In this document: in pieces, positions 30,885 to 44,204 of the stretch
How positions within the stretch are numbered: position 1 is the stretch's first letter
Layout: every line of letters begins with the position of its first letter
Source: the human T2T-CHM13v2.0 reference genome, Homo sapiens
Direction: 5' to 3' (one strand)
NCBI RefSeq assembly: GCF_009914755.1
Contig: NC_060927.1
Length of the DNA stretch: 64,000 nucleotides
The notes under the pieces: model-generated
Told to the model about the DNA's origin: nothing
Seen by the model: the letters and a program-made list of their open reading frames with translations, nothing else
Database searches by the model: none
Made by a program: the position numbers and the translations under genes

Positions 30885-31948
30885 ATAAAGAATATGTGGC
30901 ACATATACACCATGGAATACGCGCAGCCATAAAAAAAGGATGAGTTCATGTCCTTTGCAGGGACATGGATGAAGCTGGAAACCACCATTCTGAACAAACT
31001 ATCACAAGGATGGAAAATCAAACACCACATGTTCTCACTCATAGGTGGGAATTGAACAATGAGAACACTTGGACACAGGGCAGGGAACATCACACATGGG
31101 GGCCTGTCATGGGGTGGGGGGCAAGGGGAGGGATAGCATTAGGAGAAATACCTAATGTAAATGACGAGTTAATGGGTGCAGCAAACCAACATGGCACATG
31201 TATACATATGTAACAAACCTGCACGTTGTGCACATGTACCCTAGAACTTAAAGTATAATAATAATAAATAAATAAATAAATAAATAATAAAGTTGATTTC
31301 TAGTTTAAAAAAAAGTGTTTGGAAGAGCCTCTGGTACACGGTCAGTGCTCAGTAAATACTAACCATGATTATTATTGTTATTATTAGAAATTATTTCAAG
31401 GAGGAGCCCCAGACCCTGAAGAGTAGTAATAACTGCCATTTATTGAGCACTTACTACATGCCAGGGAGTCTGCTAAAGGTTCCATATGTGTTTATGGAAC
31501 CAAGCCAAGACCTCATTTAGGCCTTGCCACAGATCCCGTGAGCCTACATACCATTAAACACACTCTACAGATGAGCAACTGAGGATTCAGAGAGTTCAAA
31601 GTATGTTGCTCAAAGTGGTAACAATTAAGTGCCCAAACTCTCTTCTCATCTGGTCCTCCCTCCTGATCCTGCTTCCTTTGTCTACAGAAAAAAAGCAATT
31701 TTAACCCCAGAGAAATTGAAAGAATCTGGTTTTTGAGGACTGGACTGTTTTTAAGGACTTGGGGGAGGTGGTATTAAGGGGTTAGAGGACAGATTTTATA
31801 AACTTCTGGTTATAACTTTCTGGTTAGAGATTTTGCAACATTTAAAATGTGGCATGATGACCAGTGATGAGCATTTTTTCATGGCTTCCAATCCTGCACC
31901 TTCCACCTAATAAATCTAAACAAAATTACAAACTTCCAGGTCCTCATC

Positions 31949-32247
31949 TTTTTTTTTTTTTTTTTTTTTTTTGAGATGGCGTCTCACTCTGTCACCCAGG
32001 CTGAAATGCAGTGGCACAATCTTGGCTCGCTGCAACCTCCGCCTCCTGGGCTCAAGTAATCCTCCCACCTCAGCCTCCTGAGTAGCTGGGAACACAGGCA
32101 CATGCCACCACGCCTGGCTAATTTTTTGTATTTTTGGTAGTGATGGGGTTTCATCATGTTGCCCATGCTGGTCTTGAGCTCCTGAGTTCAAGCAATCCAC
32201 CTACTTCCAAAGTGCTGGGATTACAGGCATGAGCCACTGCACTCAAC
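31949..32247 (-). mobile_element. Alu (AluJ-like)
   Basis: Poly(T) plus reverse dimer with gggctcaagtaatcctccc. Confidence 0.93.
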
Positions 32248-32649
32248 TTTTAAATGTTTGTTTCGTCTCTAAGGAATAAATGAGATCATTGTAATGTACG
32301 TAAAACAATTGACACAGAATAGTCACTTGATAAATATAACTATTAATTTTAGAGCATAACTCATATGTTTTATAATGACCTAAATTTTACCTGCAAAACT
32401 ACTCTCAGAAATTATGTTAATCTTTAAAAACTCATGATAGCCACCAAAAATGTTTTTCATAAATATTTTGATCTTAGAACTCTTAGAAAGAAAATCACAT
32501 AACTACATTGCTTTTCAATACTTACACTTATATTCTAATTGTAGTTTTGATCCTACACTGAAAAAAAATAAAAATTTTAAAAAATGAATTTATCTCTTAT
32601 GGTCAAGCCCACAGAAATGATCCTTTTAAAGTGAATACTAACCAAAAGC

Positions 32650-34020
32650 TCATAGACCAATGAAACATTTTAGAGACCCCTGAAATAAAGCTGCACACCT
32701 ACACCAGCTCATCTTCAACAAAGTTGACAAAAATGAACAATGAGGAAAGTACACTTTATTCAATAAATGTTGTTGGGAAAACTGGCTAACCATATGCAGA
32801 AGAATGAAATTGGACCCCTACCTATTACCATATACAAAAATTAACTCAAGATGCATTAAAGACTTAAATGTAAGACCTCAAACTACAAAAGTTCTAGAGG
32901 AAAATCTAGGAAATATTCTTCTAGACACTGGCCTAGGCAAAAAATTTATGATGAGGACCCCAAAAGCAAATGCATCAAAATCAAAAATAGACAAATGGGA
33001 CTTAATTAAACTAAAGAGCTTCTACATAGCAAAAAGAAATGATCAACAGAACAAACAGACAATCTAGGGAATGGGAGAAAATATTTGCAAACTATGCATC
33101 CAAATATGATCTAACATTCAGAATCTATAAGGAACTTAAATGAATCAACAAGAAAAAAGCAAACAACCCCATTAAAACATGGGCAAAGGACATAAACAGA
33201 CATTTCTCAAAAAAAGACAACTAGCAGCCAACAAACATGAAAATATGTTCATCATCACTAATAATAGAGAGATGCAAATTAAAAGCACAATGACATACCG
33301 TCTTACACCAGTCAGAAGGGCTATTATTAAAAAGTCATCCCAATGTACAGAGAAAAAAAAAGTCCAAAAACAACAGATGTTGACAAGGTTGTGCAGAAAA
33401 GGGAATGCTTAGTGGGAATGTAAATTAGTTCAGCCACTCTGGAAAGCAGTCTGGAGATTTCTCAAAGAACTAAAAATAGAACTACCATTTCCACTCAGCA
33501 ATTCCATTACGGGGTATATACCAAAGGAAGATAAATCATTCTACCCAAAAGACAAATGCTATCATATGTTCATTGCAGCACTATTTGCAATAGCAAAGAC
33601 GTGGAACTAACCTAGGATTGGATTTTAAAAATGTGGTACATATACACCATGGACTACTATACAGCCATAAAAAAATTGAATAATGTCCTTTGCAGCAACA
33701 TGGATGCAGCTGGAGGCCATTATCCTAAGCGAACTAATGCAGAAACAGAAAACCAAATATCACATGTTCTTACTTACAAGTGGGAGCTAAATCTTGGGTT
33801 CACACAGACATAAAGATAGGAACAATAAACAATGAAGACTCCAAAAGGAGGAGGCAGGTGGGCTGAAAAACTTCCTTTTGGGTTCTATGTTCACTATCTG
33901 GGTGATGGAATCAGTAAAAGACCAAACCTCAGCACCGCACAATATACCCTGTAACAAACCTGCACATATACCCCCTGAATTTAAATTTAAAATGACAATT
34001 AAAAAATCAAATAATAAAGT
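32650..34020 (+). mobile_element. 5'-truncated old L1PA (L1PA16-like), ORF2 end and 3' UTR
   Basis: [16 protein letters not shown]...[12 protein letters not shown] remnant with stops and frameshifts; old-type 3' UTR. Confidence 0.85.
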
Positions 34021-34049
34021 AAATATTAAACAAAAGTACTCCCTTTTCA

Positions 34050-34418
<369 letters not shown>

Positions 34419-34457
34419 TCATTATATTAACATGAACTTTTTAAACAACTTTTTCTC

Positions 34458-35503
34458 TTGCTCACTTCGGCAGCACATACACTAAAATTGAAACTGATGC
34501 AGGATTTTTCTTGACCCCTTCCCTAGACTCACGGCAGGGACATTCCCCTCTATTTGGCCCACCACGCTCAGCCCCTTGCAGAAGGGAGCACGTAAGCGAG
34601 TGAGTGCAGGATCTGGCCGGCTGCTCTGCGTGCTGACACAGGAGCAAGCTCCGTGTGGAACCCGCGGCCAGACTAAGCGTGTTGCCTCAAGGGGAATGCA
34701 GGCACCCAGGTGAAGGTGCTTTCAACCCTGAAGTCCCAGAGGAGGTGTTACAGCACTCTTTTAGTTCCACCATCCACAGTCCAACAACAGCTGTGTCCTA
34801 GCAGCTCATTTGGCCACTTGCCTCACTGAGGAGGATGGCTGCCCTCTGCTGGCGAGGGCAAAGGGCCAGTATGACAGCCTTTCTGGGTGCCCATACTCGG
34901 TGGGTCCCAAGTTCTTGTCCAGAGTCCAAGAAGCATGAGGTCACATGGATTGTTAAAGGATGGTGAAGGCAGAGAATTTTACTGAGCAATGAAAACAACT
35001 CTCAGCAGAGAGGGGAGCCGGATAGGGGATGAAAACGGCGGGTCGTGGTTCCCAAAGTTAGATTGTCTCTTCTCTGAAGTTAGGCTGTCTTCTCCTCTAC
35101 CAACTGAGTCTGGGGTCTTTATAGGCAGAGGATGGGAAGTGCATGCTGATTGGTTTGTGAGTATGCAAAAAAGGTTAAAGCAAAGACACCACTCAAAGAT
35201 GGGCATGACAGTGTAGAAAACCAATTAGGAAAGGGTAGATATACGTTAAATAGGTGAAGGGTGGGGATCAATCAGAGGAAAGCATGCCAAACAGGAAGAC
35301 AAGTTCTCAATCCAGTCTGAGGATTTAACTTGTAGCTTGGCTTTCAGGCTTTAAACCGTCTTCAGCTTGGAGGTGGGGTTTCACTGGGGACCCTCCCCTT
35401 TCTGCCTAGGCATTTGGCTGCCTTCTGTCACTCTCAGAACAATACAGAGATTATCATGGCCCCTACACAAGGATGACATGGAGATTCATGAAACATTCCA
35501 TTT
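34458..35503 (+). pseudogene. RNU6: U6 snRNA retropseudogene split by an LTR
   Basis: 5' part tgctcacttcggcagcacatacactaaaattgaaac (34459-34494); 3' part aatacagagattatcatggcccctacacaaggatgacatggagattcatgaaacattccattt (35441-35503); A-rich tail. Confidence 0.92.
34495..35436 (-). mobile_element. ERV1 solo LTR (LTR1/LTR28/MER52 group), 942 bp
   Basis: TG...CA termini; 4-bp TSD AAAC/GAAC derived from U6 GAAC; subfamily tentative. Confidence 0.8.
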
Positions 35504-37213
35504 AAAAAAACAGTAAAAATAAATAAAACAAAAAAATTTTTAATTGACAATACTTATACATAATGATATGATGTATAGTGATCAGATCAGGGTAATTAGC
35601 ATATCCCTCATCTCAAACATTTATCATTTCCTTAAAACATCAATACATGTCTGACTGGCTATAGTAGTCAATTTGGATAGATGGAGGTTCTATTTCAGTG
35701 GATGAAATACACAGGCTTTTAGAAAATTCTGAGTAGGTGGAAAGGTTTTTTTTTCTATAATCTGAGTGGAGATTTCTTTTGATCTGAGAGGACAGCAAAG
35801 ATCAGGTTAAAAGTTTGCATGAGAATATATATCAATTATTTAAAAAGCAAAGATTGTAGTTGATAAGATGGTTTCTAGAGAGAAATGCATTTCTCTGTAG
35901 AGAAGATTGTACAGCCTTATAATTGTTTCCATTCACATGGAACAACTCCAGCTGCTTTCAAAAATCAACAAATGATAAGCAGAAGGAAGATGGAAAGAAA
36001 ACAACAGAATTTTTGCTATGTCCAACTGATAAACACTGGATTGCCTATAAACTATGTTGAGCATAATTAAGCACAGAATTAACATCATTTGTAATGCAAT
36101 GAAAAAAGGCAGCTGAGACAAATGCGAAAGATCGCCGATACATTGCTTTGATGATCTAAATCAACACTGCCAAGTTTTATATTTACAAAAAAATATGAAC
36201 AAAGGGTCAAACAATTAATTTTCCTTCTGGATGCATGTGCATAAGCTATGGCTAAAGGTTCGAAGAAATTTTCATCCCATTATTCATCGTTTGTTAAATC
36301 TTAACTTCTTCCATGAACCATGCCCATCAGTGTATCTAATTACCTAGAATGAATCAAAAAAACAGTTCTAACCTTGTATTTCTTAGCTACAGCATCATGG
36401 GCAAGAGATAAATGTTTTTACTAAAACTTTCAGGCCCCTATTTATGATAGAAGTCAAAAAAGAACACATTGTTTGATGTTTCCAATGTTTTAAGTATGGT
36501 GCAATCACTTGAAATATGTCATTCATTCACTCAACAAACATTTACTAAGACTATATTTTGATAGGCAGGTTCCCTATTAAGTGTTAGAGATATGTGTTAT
36601 AAATTTCTCACAGTCTAGTAGGAGTGACAGGCATATACAGATGCAATTTTAATACAATAAGAAATGCAGTGATAGCACAGAATTCTGATGTGGAGTGGGA
36701 AGTAGGTGGGGAGTGGTGGCAATTTGCACAGACAAAAGACATTTTACTTTACCTTGTGGGAGAAAGGAGTCAAGAATACTTTCTTAGAGGAGATGATGAC
36801 TACATTGAGATCTCAAGGAGGAACAGGATGGATTTTCATAAAAATCTTCATTAGTAGGTAGCATAATTTTCTCCATTTTATAGGTGAGGAAATGGACATA
36901 CTCTGACTCAGAGCTGCTGAGTGGCAGAACCAATATTTTGAACCCAAGCCTACCTGATCCCGGTGTCATACATTTCCCAATGTACTGTATTTTATCCACT
37001 GGTAGGAGAAAAGTTGAAAGTGGAAGAAAATACTCTATATTTAGCTCCAAGTCATAAAATCTTTTTACCATTACTGATCTGACCTAGCAATTCCAGCACA
37101 ACATTCCCTTCTTACAATTTTTCCCATGTTCAGCTAAGAAAATATAATTGCTGGCTTGTATTTCTACCATATACTCTTAGAAATTCTCAGGAAAAGCCAA
37201 GACATTATAGTTA

Positions 37214-37663
<450 letters not shown>

Positions 37664-38661
37664 TTATTTACCTCTTTACTATAGTGCAGAAAAGGAGTTT
37701 CTTGATCACTTGCCTACCTTTATGAAAGAATTAGGGCACAGTTTTATTTTTGACCTACTATATTACCAAATTGAAAAAGACTAAATAAGAAATTTAGAAA
37801 ATTAGGAGCTATCCTGATTACCAATTGCCAGCAGTTCATGCTACTTCAGATTTAGCAATCCATGAAAGAAAACTAAGAGATTTCATTGACATTACCATTA
37901 CCATTGATGCATATCCCTATATGAGATTGGGAATAATTTACAGATAAGTTCATTTAGCAGATATTTATTGGTGACCTACTATGTGCCCAGCCATGTTCTG
38001 CCCACTAAGAATTTAATGTTGAGCAAATCGTAGTACCTGCCCTTAGGAAACAATCAAGCAATTAGAATATAAATGCATAGAGCCCAGCCCACTCATTTTA
38101 CCCATGTGGAAATAGATGTTAAGAACATTAGTTTGTCTAACTCTGTTCATTCATTGTTGGTGAAAGGAAAATTGATACATCCTTTTTTGGAAGACAATTT
38201 GGAAATACATCTTAAAGTTGAAAATGTTCTTAGTTTTTGACACAGCTATCCTAAACAGGAATTTATTTTTCAGATGTACATGCAGAAGATCCAAAGATAT
38301 GTGTCTGGTAATATTCTTGCAGCATATTCATATTATGGACATACTGGGAACAATCTAAAAATCTATCAACAAATGATTGACTGAATGACATATTGTACAG
38401 GAATTTACAAGATGAAGTCAATTTGACATAATGTAAACATGGGAAGACATTCAAGACCAATTGATATATGGAACAAAAGGTGTAAAACAGCTTGGATAAT
38501 ATGGTTCTTTCTTAGTCTAAAAAAGAGAAAAACACTACAAATACATGTTTAGAAAAATAAATACTGTGGAAATTAATACCAAATTATAAGCAATGGTTAA
38601 TAAAATAGCTACAGATAATTTTCATTTTTATGTAGTATATCTCTATAATATTGTATTGGAC

Positions 38662-38787
38662 TTTTTTCTTTTAAATGAGGTCTTGGTATATTGCCCGAGC
38701 TAGTCTTGAACTCCTGGGCTCAAGCAATCCTCTTGCCTCAGCCTCCTGAGTAGCCGGGATTACAGAAGAGTGCCACCATGACTAGCT
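38662..38787 (-). mobile_element. Alu monomer fragment
   Basis: gtcttgaactcctgggctcaagcaatcctcttgcctcagcctcc. Confidence 0.8.
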
Positions 38788-39773
38788 ATTTTTTCATTCT
38801 TTAAAAAAGGAGAATGTTCAACTAAGTTGATGTGATCTATAAACACTTTTTCTCTTAAAAAAAGATTAGACTTTTTAACTTTCTAGGCTTTTATAGCTAT
38901 GAAAGTACTTTGAAACTACAAAGCCTTAGGCAAATTATGGGATTATTTCTTTGTACTAATTATCAATAATACATATATTGGAGCACTCTGGAAAAGAATA
39001 TGCTTATGCAGAAAAGATTTTTAACTCTTAAAAATAACATTAAAAATTAGAATAATAGCATTGTTTTATAGTTTCTTATAAGCATTCTTTAACTTTAGTT
39101 CAGGTCTCCTGAGTCCTAATCCAGTTCTCTTTTCATTCACTTTCTTGCCATATGGGTTATCTGTTAAAAGCTTTTGCCTGAAGGCAAAAATTCTTCTAAG
39201 CAACCACTAATTCTCATTACAGAAAATGCACATTTCAGAGTGTTTCTATGAATGGAAAAGAAAGCTGATGATAATGCTAATAAGCACTTGTAGAAATATA
39301 CTGTGGAAACTAAACTTTATACCACAAGAATGTAAAACTAACCAGTGACTTGACCTGTCCATGTGGAGACCTCACAAATTACCTAGAAATAACAGTAACC
39401 AATGCACTTGGGAGCCATTTTTGCAGAAAGTAATCATAATCTTATAAAATAAAATATTTATATTTAGATGCAAGAAGGCAAAATATGGAAGTGCTCCTCT
39501 CCATCAAACATAAAACGCTATCAAACTGAGATCAGAAACTCCATGTGTAAGAATGAGGCACATGATGGGAGAACTGAAGTTTCTACAAGCCTGGACAAAC
39601 TGCAGCCAGGCTCCAGGCTCCCTTGAAAGAGAGAAGTTGGCTGGAATTGCAAAATGAAGTGTCAAACCACCTAACAGATACTTTAATGCATGCTAAGTGC
39701 TTTATTTGCAAATTCATAGGATTCACAAACCAGAAGTTGAAGAATGCAATATTTAAGAAAATGTAACACTTAC

Positions 39774-39805
39774 CAGTCTTCAGATTTGGCCACCTTTGTG
39801 TGCCA
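39774..39805 (-). other. Candidate 32-nt exon
   Basis: Minus strand: ctttatttttcacAG|TGGCACACAAAGGTGGCCAAATCTGAAGACTG|GTaagt. Confidence 0.35.
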
Positions 39806-40717
39806 CTGTGAAAAATAAAGATATCAGTTCATTCAACTCAAACAAGATTTGAATTGCCCAAATGGGTGGTTGAGTATGTAAAAGGATGTAAAAATGGAAA
39901 TCTCTTCTGAGGACGAAGCCAAGAGCCATCAGACAGCAGAGACAGCTGTGAAACAGGCCATCTCTACAACTCAGAATAAGGTCTGTGCAGATATTTCTAT
40001 ACCTCTCACTTACATAAAAGGCATAAACCGGTACTCTCATTTCAAGCCTAGTGAGAGGGCTCATAGGAACCACTTGGAGAACATATGTGTCCCTACAGTA
40101 TGGGGGGCCCTAGGGAATAATGCTGTCACCCAAGAAATCTGAGGGGTGAGAGAGGCACTGTCTAGAGGAGAAGCCAAAGGAGGGAATATGACATTGGATA
40201 GCCTAAAATCTCAGAATTTCCAGAGCAAAGGGTCCATGGGTGTTCCCTATGGACTTGATGTCGGTTGTGGGTACAAAAGCCAGTGTGGGATTATCTTAGA
40301 ATCTGTTAGTGAGGTCTCTCATGGGGCTAACAGACCTCAGCAAAGAGATACTAAGGGCTTCACCAGATTCCATGTTGCTGGAGGAAGGAGGAATCCACCA
40401 TCAAAGCACAGATGTATTTCCCTATTTTAAGGACTGCAGTTGAGAGAGCTTCAGTGACAGGGACTCTAAAGTACCCAAACAGAGTCAGCTGTATAATTAG
40501 ACATTTGAATGTTTGCTGGAGGTTTTATCATATTAAGAAATGATTAATGTCTAAGTTTGATAAAGGTATTGCGGTTTTTAGGTAGATAGATGGTAGATAG
40601 ATGGATAGTTAAACATTAAATATTGAAAAGGAATTCTTAAATTTTAGAGTTTTGCTGACCTATTTATAAATGAAATAGAAATGATATATATGAGATTTAC
40701 TTCAAAAAAAAATATGG

Positions 40718-40978
40718 GGGGTGAATGCAATGGCTCATGCCTGTAATCCCAGCCCTTTAGGAGGCCAAGGAGAGCAGATCACTACTAAAATACAAAAATT
40801 AGTTGGGCATGGTGGCAGTCACCTGTAATTTCAGCTATTCAGGAGGCTGAGGCAGGAGAATCTCTTGAATCCAGGAGGCGGAGTTTGCAGTGAGCTGAGA
40901 TAGCACCATTGCACTCCAGCTTGGGTGACACAGCAAGACTCCCTCTCAAAACAATAAAATAAAATAAAATAAAATAAT
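40718..40978 (+). mobile_element. Alu with internal left-arm deletion
   Basis: gcagatcactactaaaatacaaaa: the B-box region is missing. Confidence 0.9.
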
Positions 40979-41314
40979 ATGAGGCTGGAGCGTAGGGCAA
41001 AGCTTCACAACACTGGATTTGGCAGTTTCTTTTCTTGCACAGGCAACAAAAGAAAAAATAGACAAACTGCACCTCATGAAATTTTTTTAAATTTGTGCAT
41101 CAGAAGATACTACCAACAGAATAAATAGACAACCCATAGGATGACAGAAAATATTTGCAACTCAGGTGCCTGATAAGGTACTGATATCCAGAATATACAG
41201 AGAACACCTAAAATTCAACAACAATGAAACAACCAATCTAATTCAAAAATAGACAAAGGACTTGAATAGGCATTTTTCCAAAGACATACAAATGCCTATC
41301 AATGTGCCCAGTGA

Positions 41315-41621
<307 letters not shown>

Positions 41622-41813
41622 TTTTTAGAAAGCCAATGAGCACATTAAAAGATGCTTAGCATCACTAATCGTTAGATAAATACAACTCAAAACTACAATA
41701 AAATGCCACTTCATGTTCATTATGTTGACTACTTTCCAAAAGCAAAAAGTAGAAAATAAATGTTGGCTGGATGTGGAAAAAATGGAATACCTGTACACAG
41801 TTGGTGGTAATAC

Positions 41814-42604
41814 TGATACGGACAAGAGGCAGGGAAATACCAGGTAGAAAAGGATGGGATCCCTGGTGAGGGCTCTACCCTCAAGCCTGGACCCTTGGCC
41901 CAAAGTGAGAACGTGCATTCCTGTTTTCCCAAATGAATGTTGCCTTTTCCAAAACCACCTTGGCCTGCCCCACCCCGCATCCTGTACCCATAAAAACCCC
42001 ACGCCCCACCGGTGGAGTGGCAGAGCAACATGGCAGGGAAGTAGAGAAGAGAAGAAGCAGCTTGACATTGGTGAGAAGCAGCTTGATGGTGGGCCTCAGA
42101 GAAAAGTTTGGCGGCAGAGAGCTGAACTCCAGGGGAAGACCACCTTCCTGCTCCATCCACTTTCCAGCTCCCCATCCTGCTGAGAGCCACTTCCACTGCT
42201 CAGTAAAATTCTCTGCATTTATCATCTTCAATTTGTTCATGCGATCTGATTCCTCCTAGATAACAGACAAGGACCTGGGTGCAGGTGCAAGAGGCTATCA
42301 TACTGACTCTCTACCCTCCACTGAGTTGTCTAACATTCAAAGCCATCCATGGATGGCAAAACTAAGAAAGCATGCTGTAACTCATGCTCTCTGGGGCTCC
42401 AGGAGTCATGGGCAACCCCTAGATGCTGCCTCGGGCCCGCACAGAGTTCTGCTCCAGCAGGTTGCCCAGAGTGCTTGTCCTGGCCTCTGCGCTCACTCTT
42501 CTGCATGCTCCCCTTCCCACAAGGGCTTGAGAGCTGTGGGCTGAGTAAACGAGCCAACCCTTTCATGAGTCCCATGAAAGGGTCAAGCGACCTATCCCAT
42601 TTCA
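41814..42604 (+). mobile_element. ERV1 solo LTR (LTR1-like), 791 bp
   Basis: TGATACGGACAAGAGGCAGGGAAATAC...CATTTCA; 4-bp TSD ATAC/ATAT; inserted in L1M ORF2. Confidence 0.8.
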
Positions 42605-43885
42605 ATATAAAATGGTACAGCAACTGTGGAAAACATGGTGGTTCTTGAAAAGATTAAAAATAAAATTACCATATGATGTGGCAATTCCACGTCTGGGTAT
42701 ATACGCAAAAGAATTGAAAGCAAGGTTTCACAGGAGTATTTGTATACCCATGTTCATAGTAGCATTATTCAAAATATCTAAAATAATGGAACAACCAAAG
42801 TGAATACTGTGAGATGAATTGATAAGCAAAATGTGGTATGTACATACAGTGGAGTATTATTCAGCCTTAAAAAGGAGGAAATTTTGACATGTGTTATAAC
42901 ATAAATTAACCTGGACAACATTACACTAAATGAAATAAGCCAGTCACAAAAAGACAAATACTGTATAATTGCACTTACATTAGGTAGTTAGAGACAGAAA
43001 GTAGAATAGTGCTTGCCTTGGGCTTTAAAAGAATATAGGGATGAGTTTGGGGAGATTGAAAAAAACAAAACTGGCCATTAATTGATAATGCTTGAAGCTG
43101 AATGAAAAGCACATTGAGGCTCATAAAGCTATTCTACTTCTATATATGATTGAAATTGTCCAAATAAAATTTAGAAGAAAAACAAAGAGTAAGTTTTACA
43201 TCTTTGCTAAAGATGCAAAGCAATGTATATAATGCCATTTTGTTGGTGTAAGAAAGAAAAGAGAATAAGAATCCATACTATTTGCCCAATTTTGAAGGGA
43301 ACAAAAAGCAAGTGTTAGACAAATAATCCAAACTAAAAATGCTTACAACAAAGGATGTGGAGATTGAAGTGTAGAAGGTAAGGATGAAAATAAGACTTTT
43401 CTGAGAATACCTTTTACTATATTTCTGATTTTTTACATATGTGAAGATTTTAAATATTCACAAGATCAATCACAGTTAAAAAGCACATTCTACAGTTGAA
43501 AATAAAGTAAAGTGAATGCATCTAATTATGTCAAATTGGTGAACTAACCACAAAGAGAAATAATTATCCCAGGTCATTTTGAAAAAAAATAGGGGGGGTG
43601 TGTGCTCTGACATTTCAACCCAAGGATATAGCCTAAAGATGAAGTAAGGAAATAAACCTTCAACTTCACTCAACAGATTTGTTACTGGTAGGAATACCGG
43701 TATTGCAATTTTGAAACAACGTTCTATATTTTGAAAGATAAAGCAAATAATAAAATTTGTTCATGTAATTAGAAATTAAACTTTACAATGTAAGAGAAAA
43801 GGGTATACAACTATAAAATTAAGCAAGTTAAGGAAAAAATCTGTATTAGTAAATTAGAATTGGAAATGTTGCCATGAGGTCATAA

Positions 43886-44204
<319 letters not shown>

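Larger units (their letters stand above)
28885..31291 (+). mobile_element. L1PA5/6-like element with ~3.76-kb internal deletion
   Basis: 5' UTR from AGATGGCC; ORF1 at 29895; jump to the ORF2 3' end at about 30791; 3' UTR and (AAAT)n tail; bracketed by AAAGTGTTTGG (28804-28814 / 31312-31322). Confidence 0.93.

Noticed and set aside
31853-31870. C/D-box snoRNA (ATGATGA / GTGATGA motifs)
   Set aside because: No matching CTGA D box or terminal stem seen; better explained as an L1 snippet.
41625-42648. Cluster of 100-155 aa ORFs
   Set aside because: They fall within a GC-rich solo LTR and L1M; chance ORFs.
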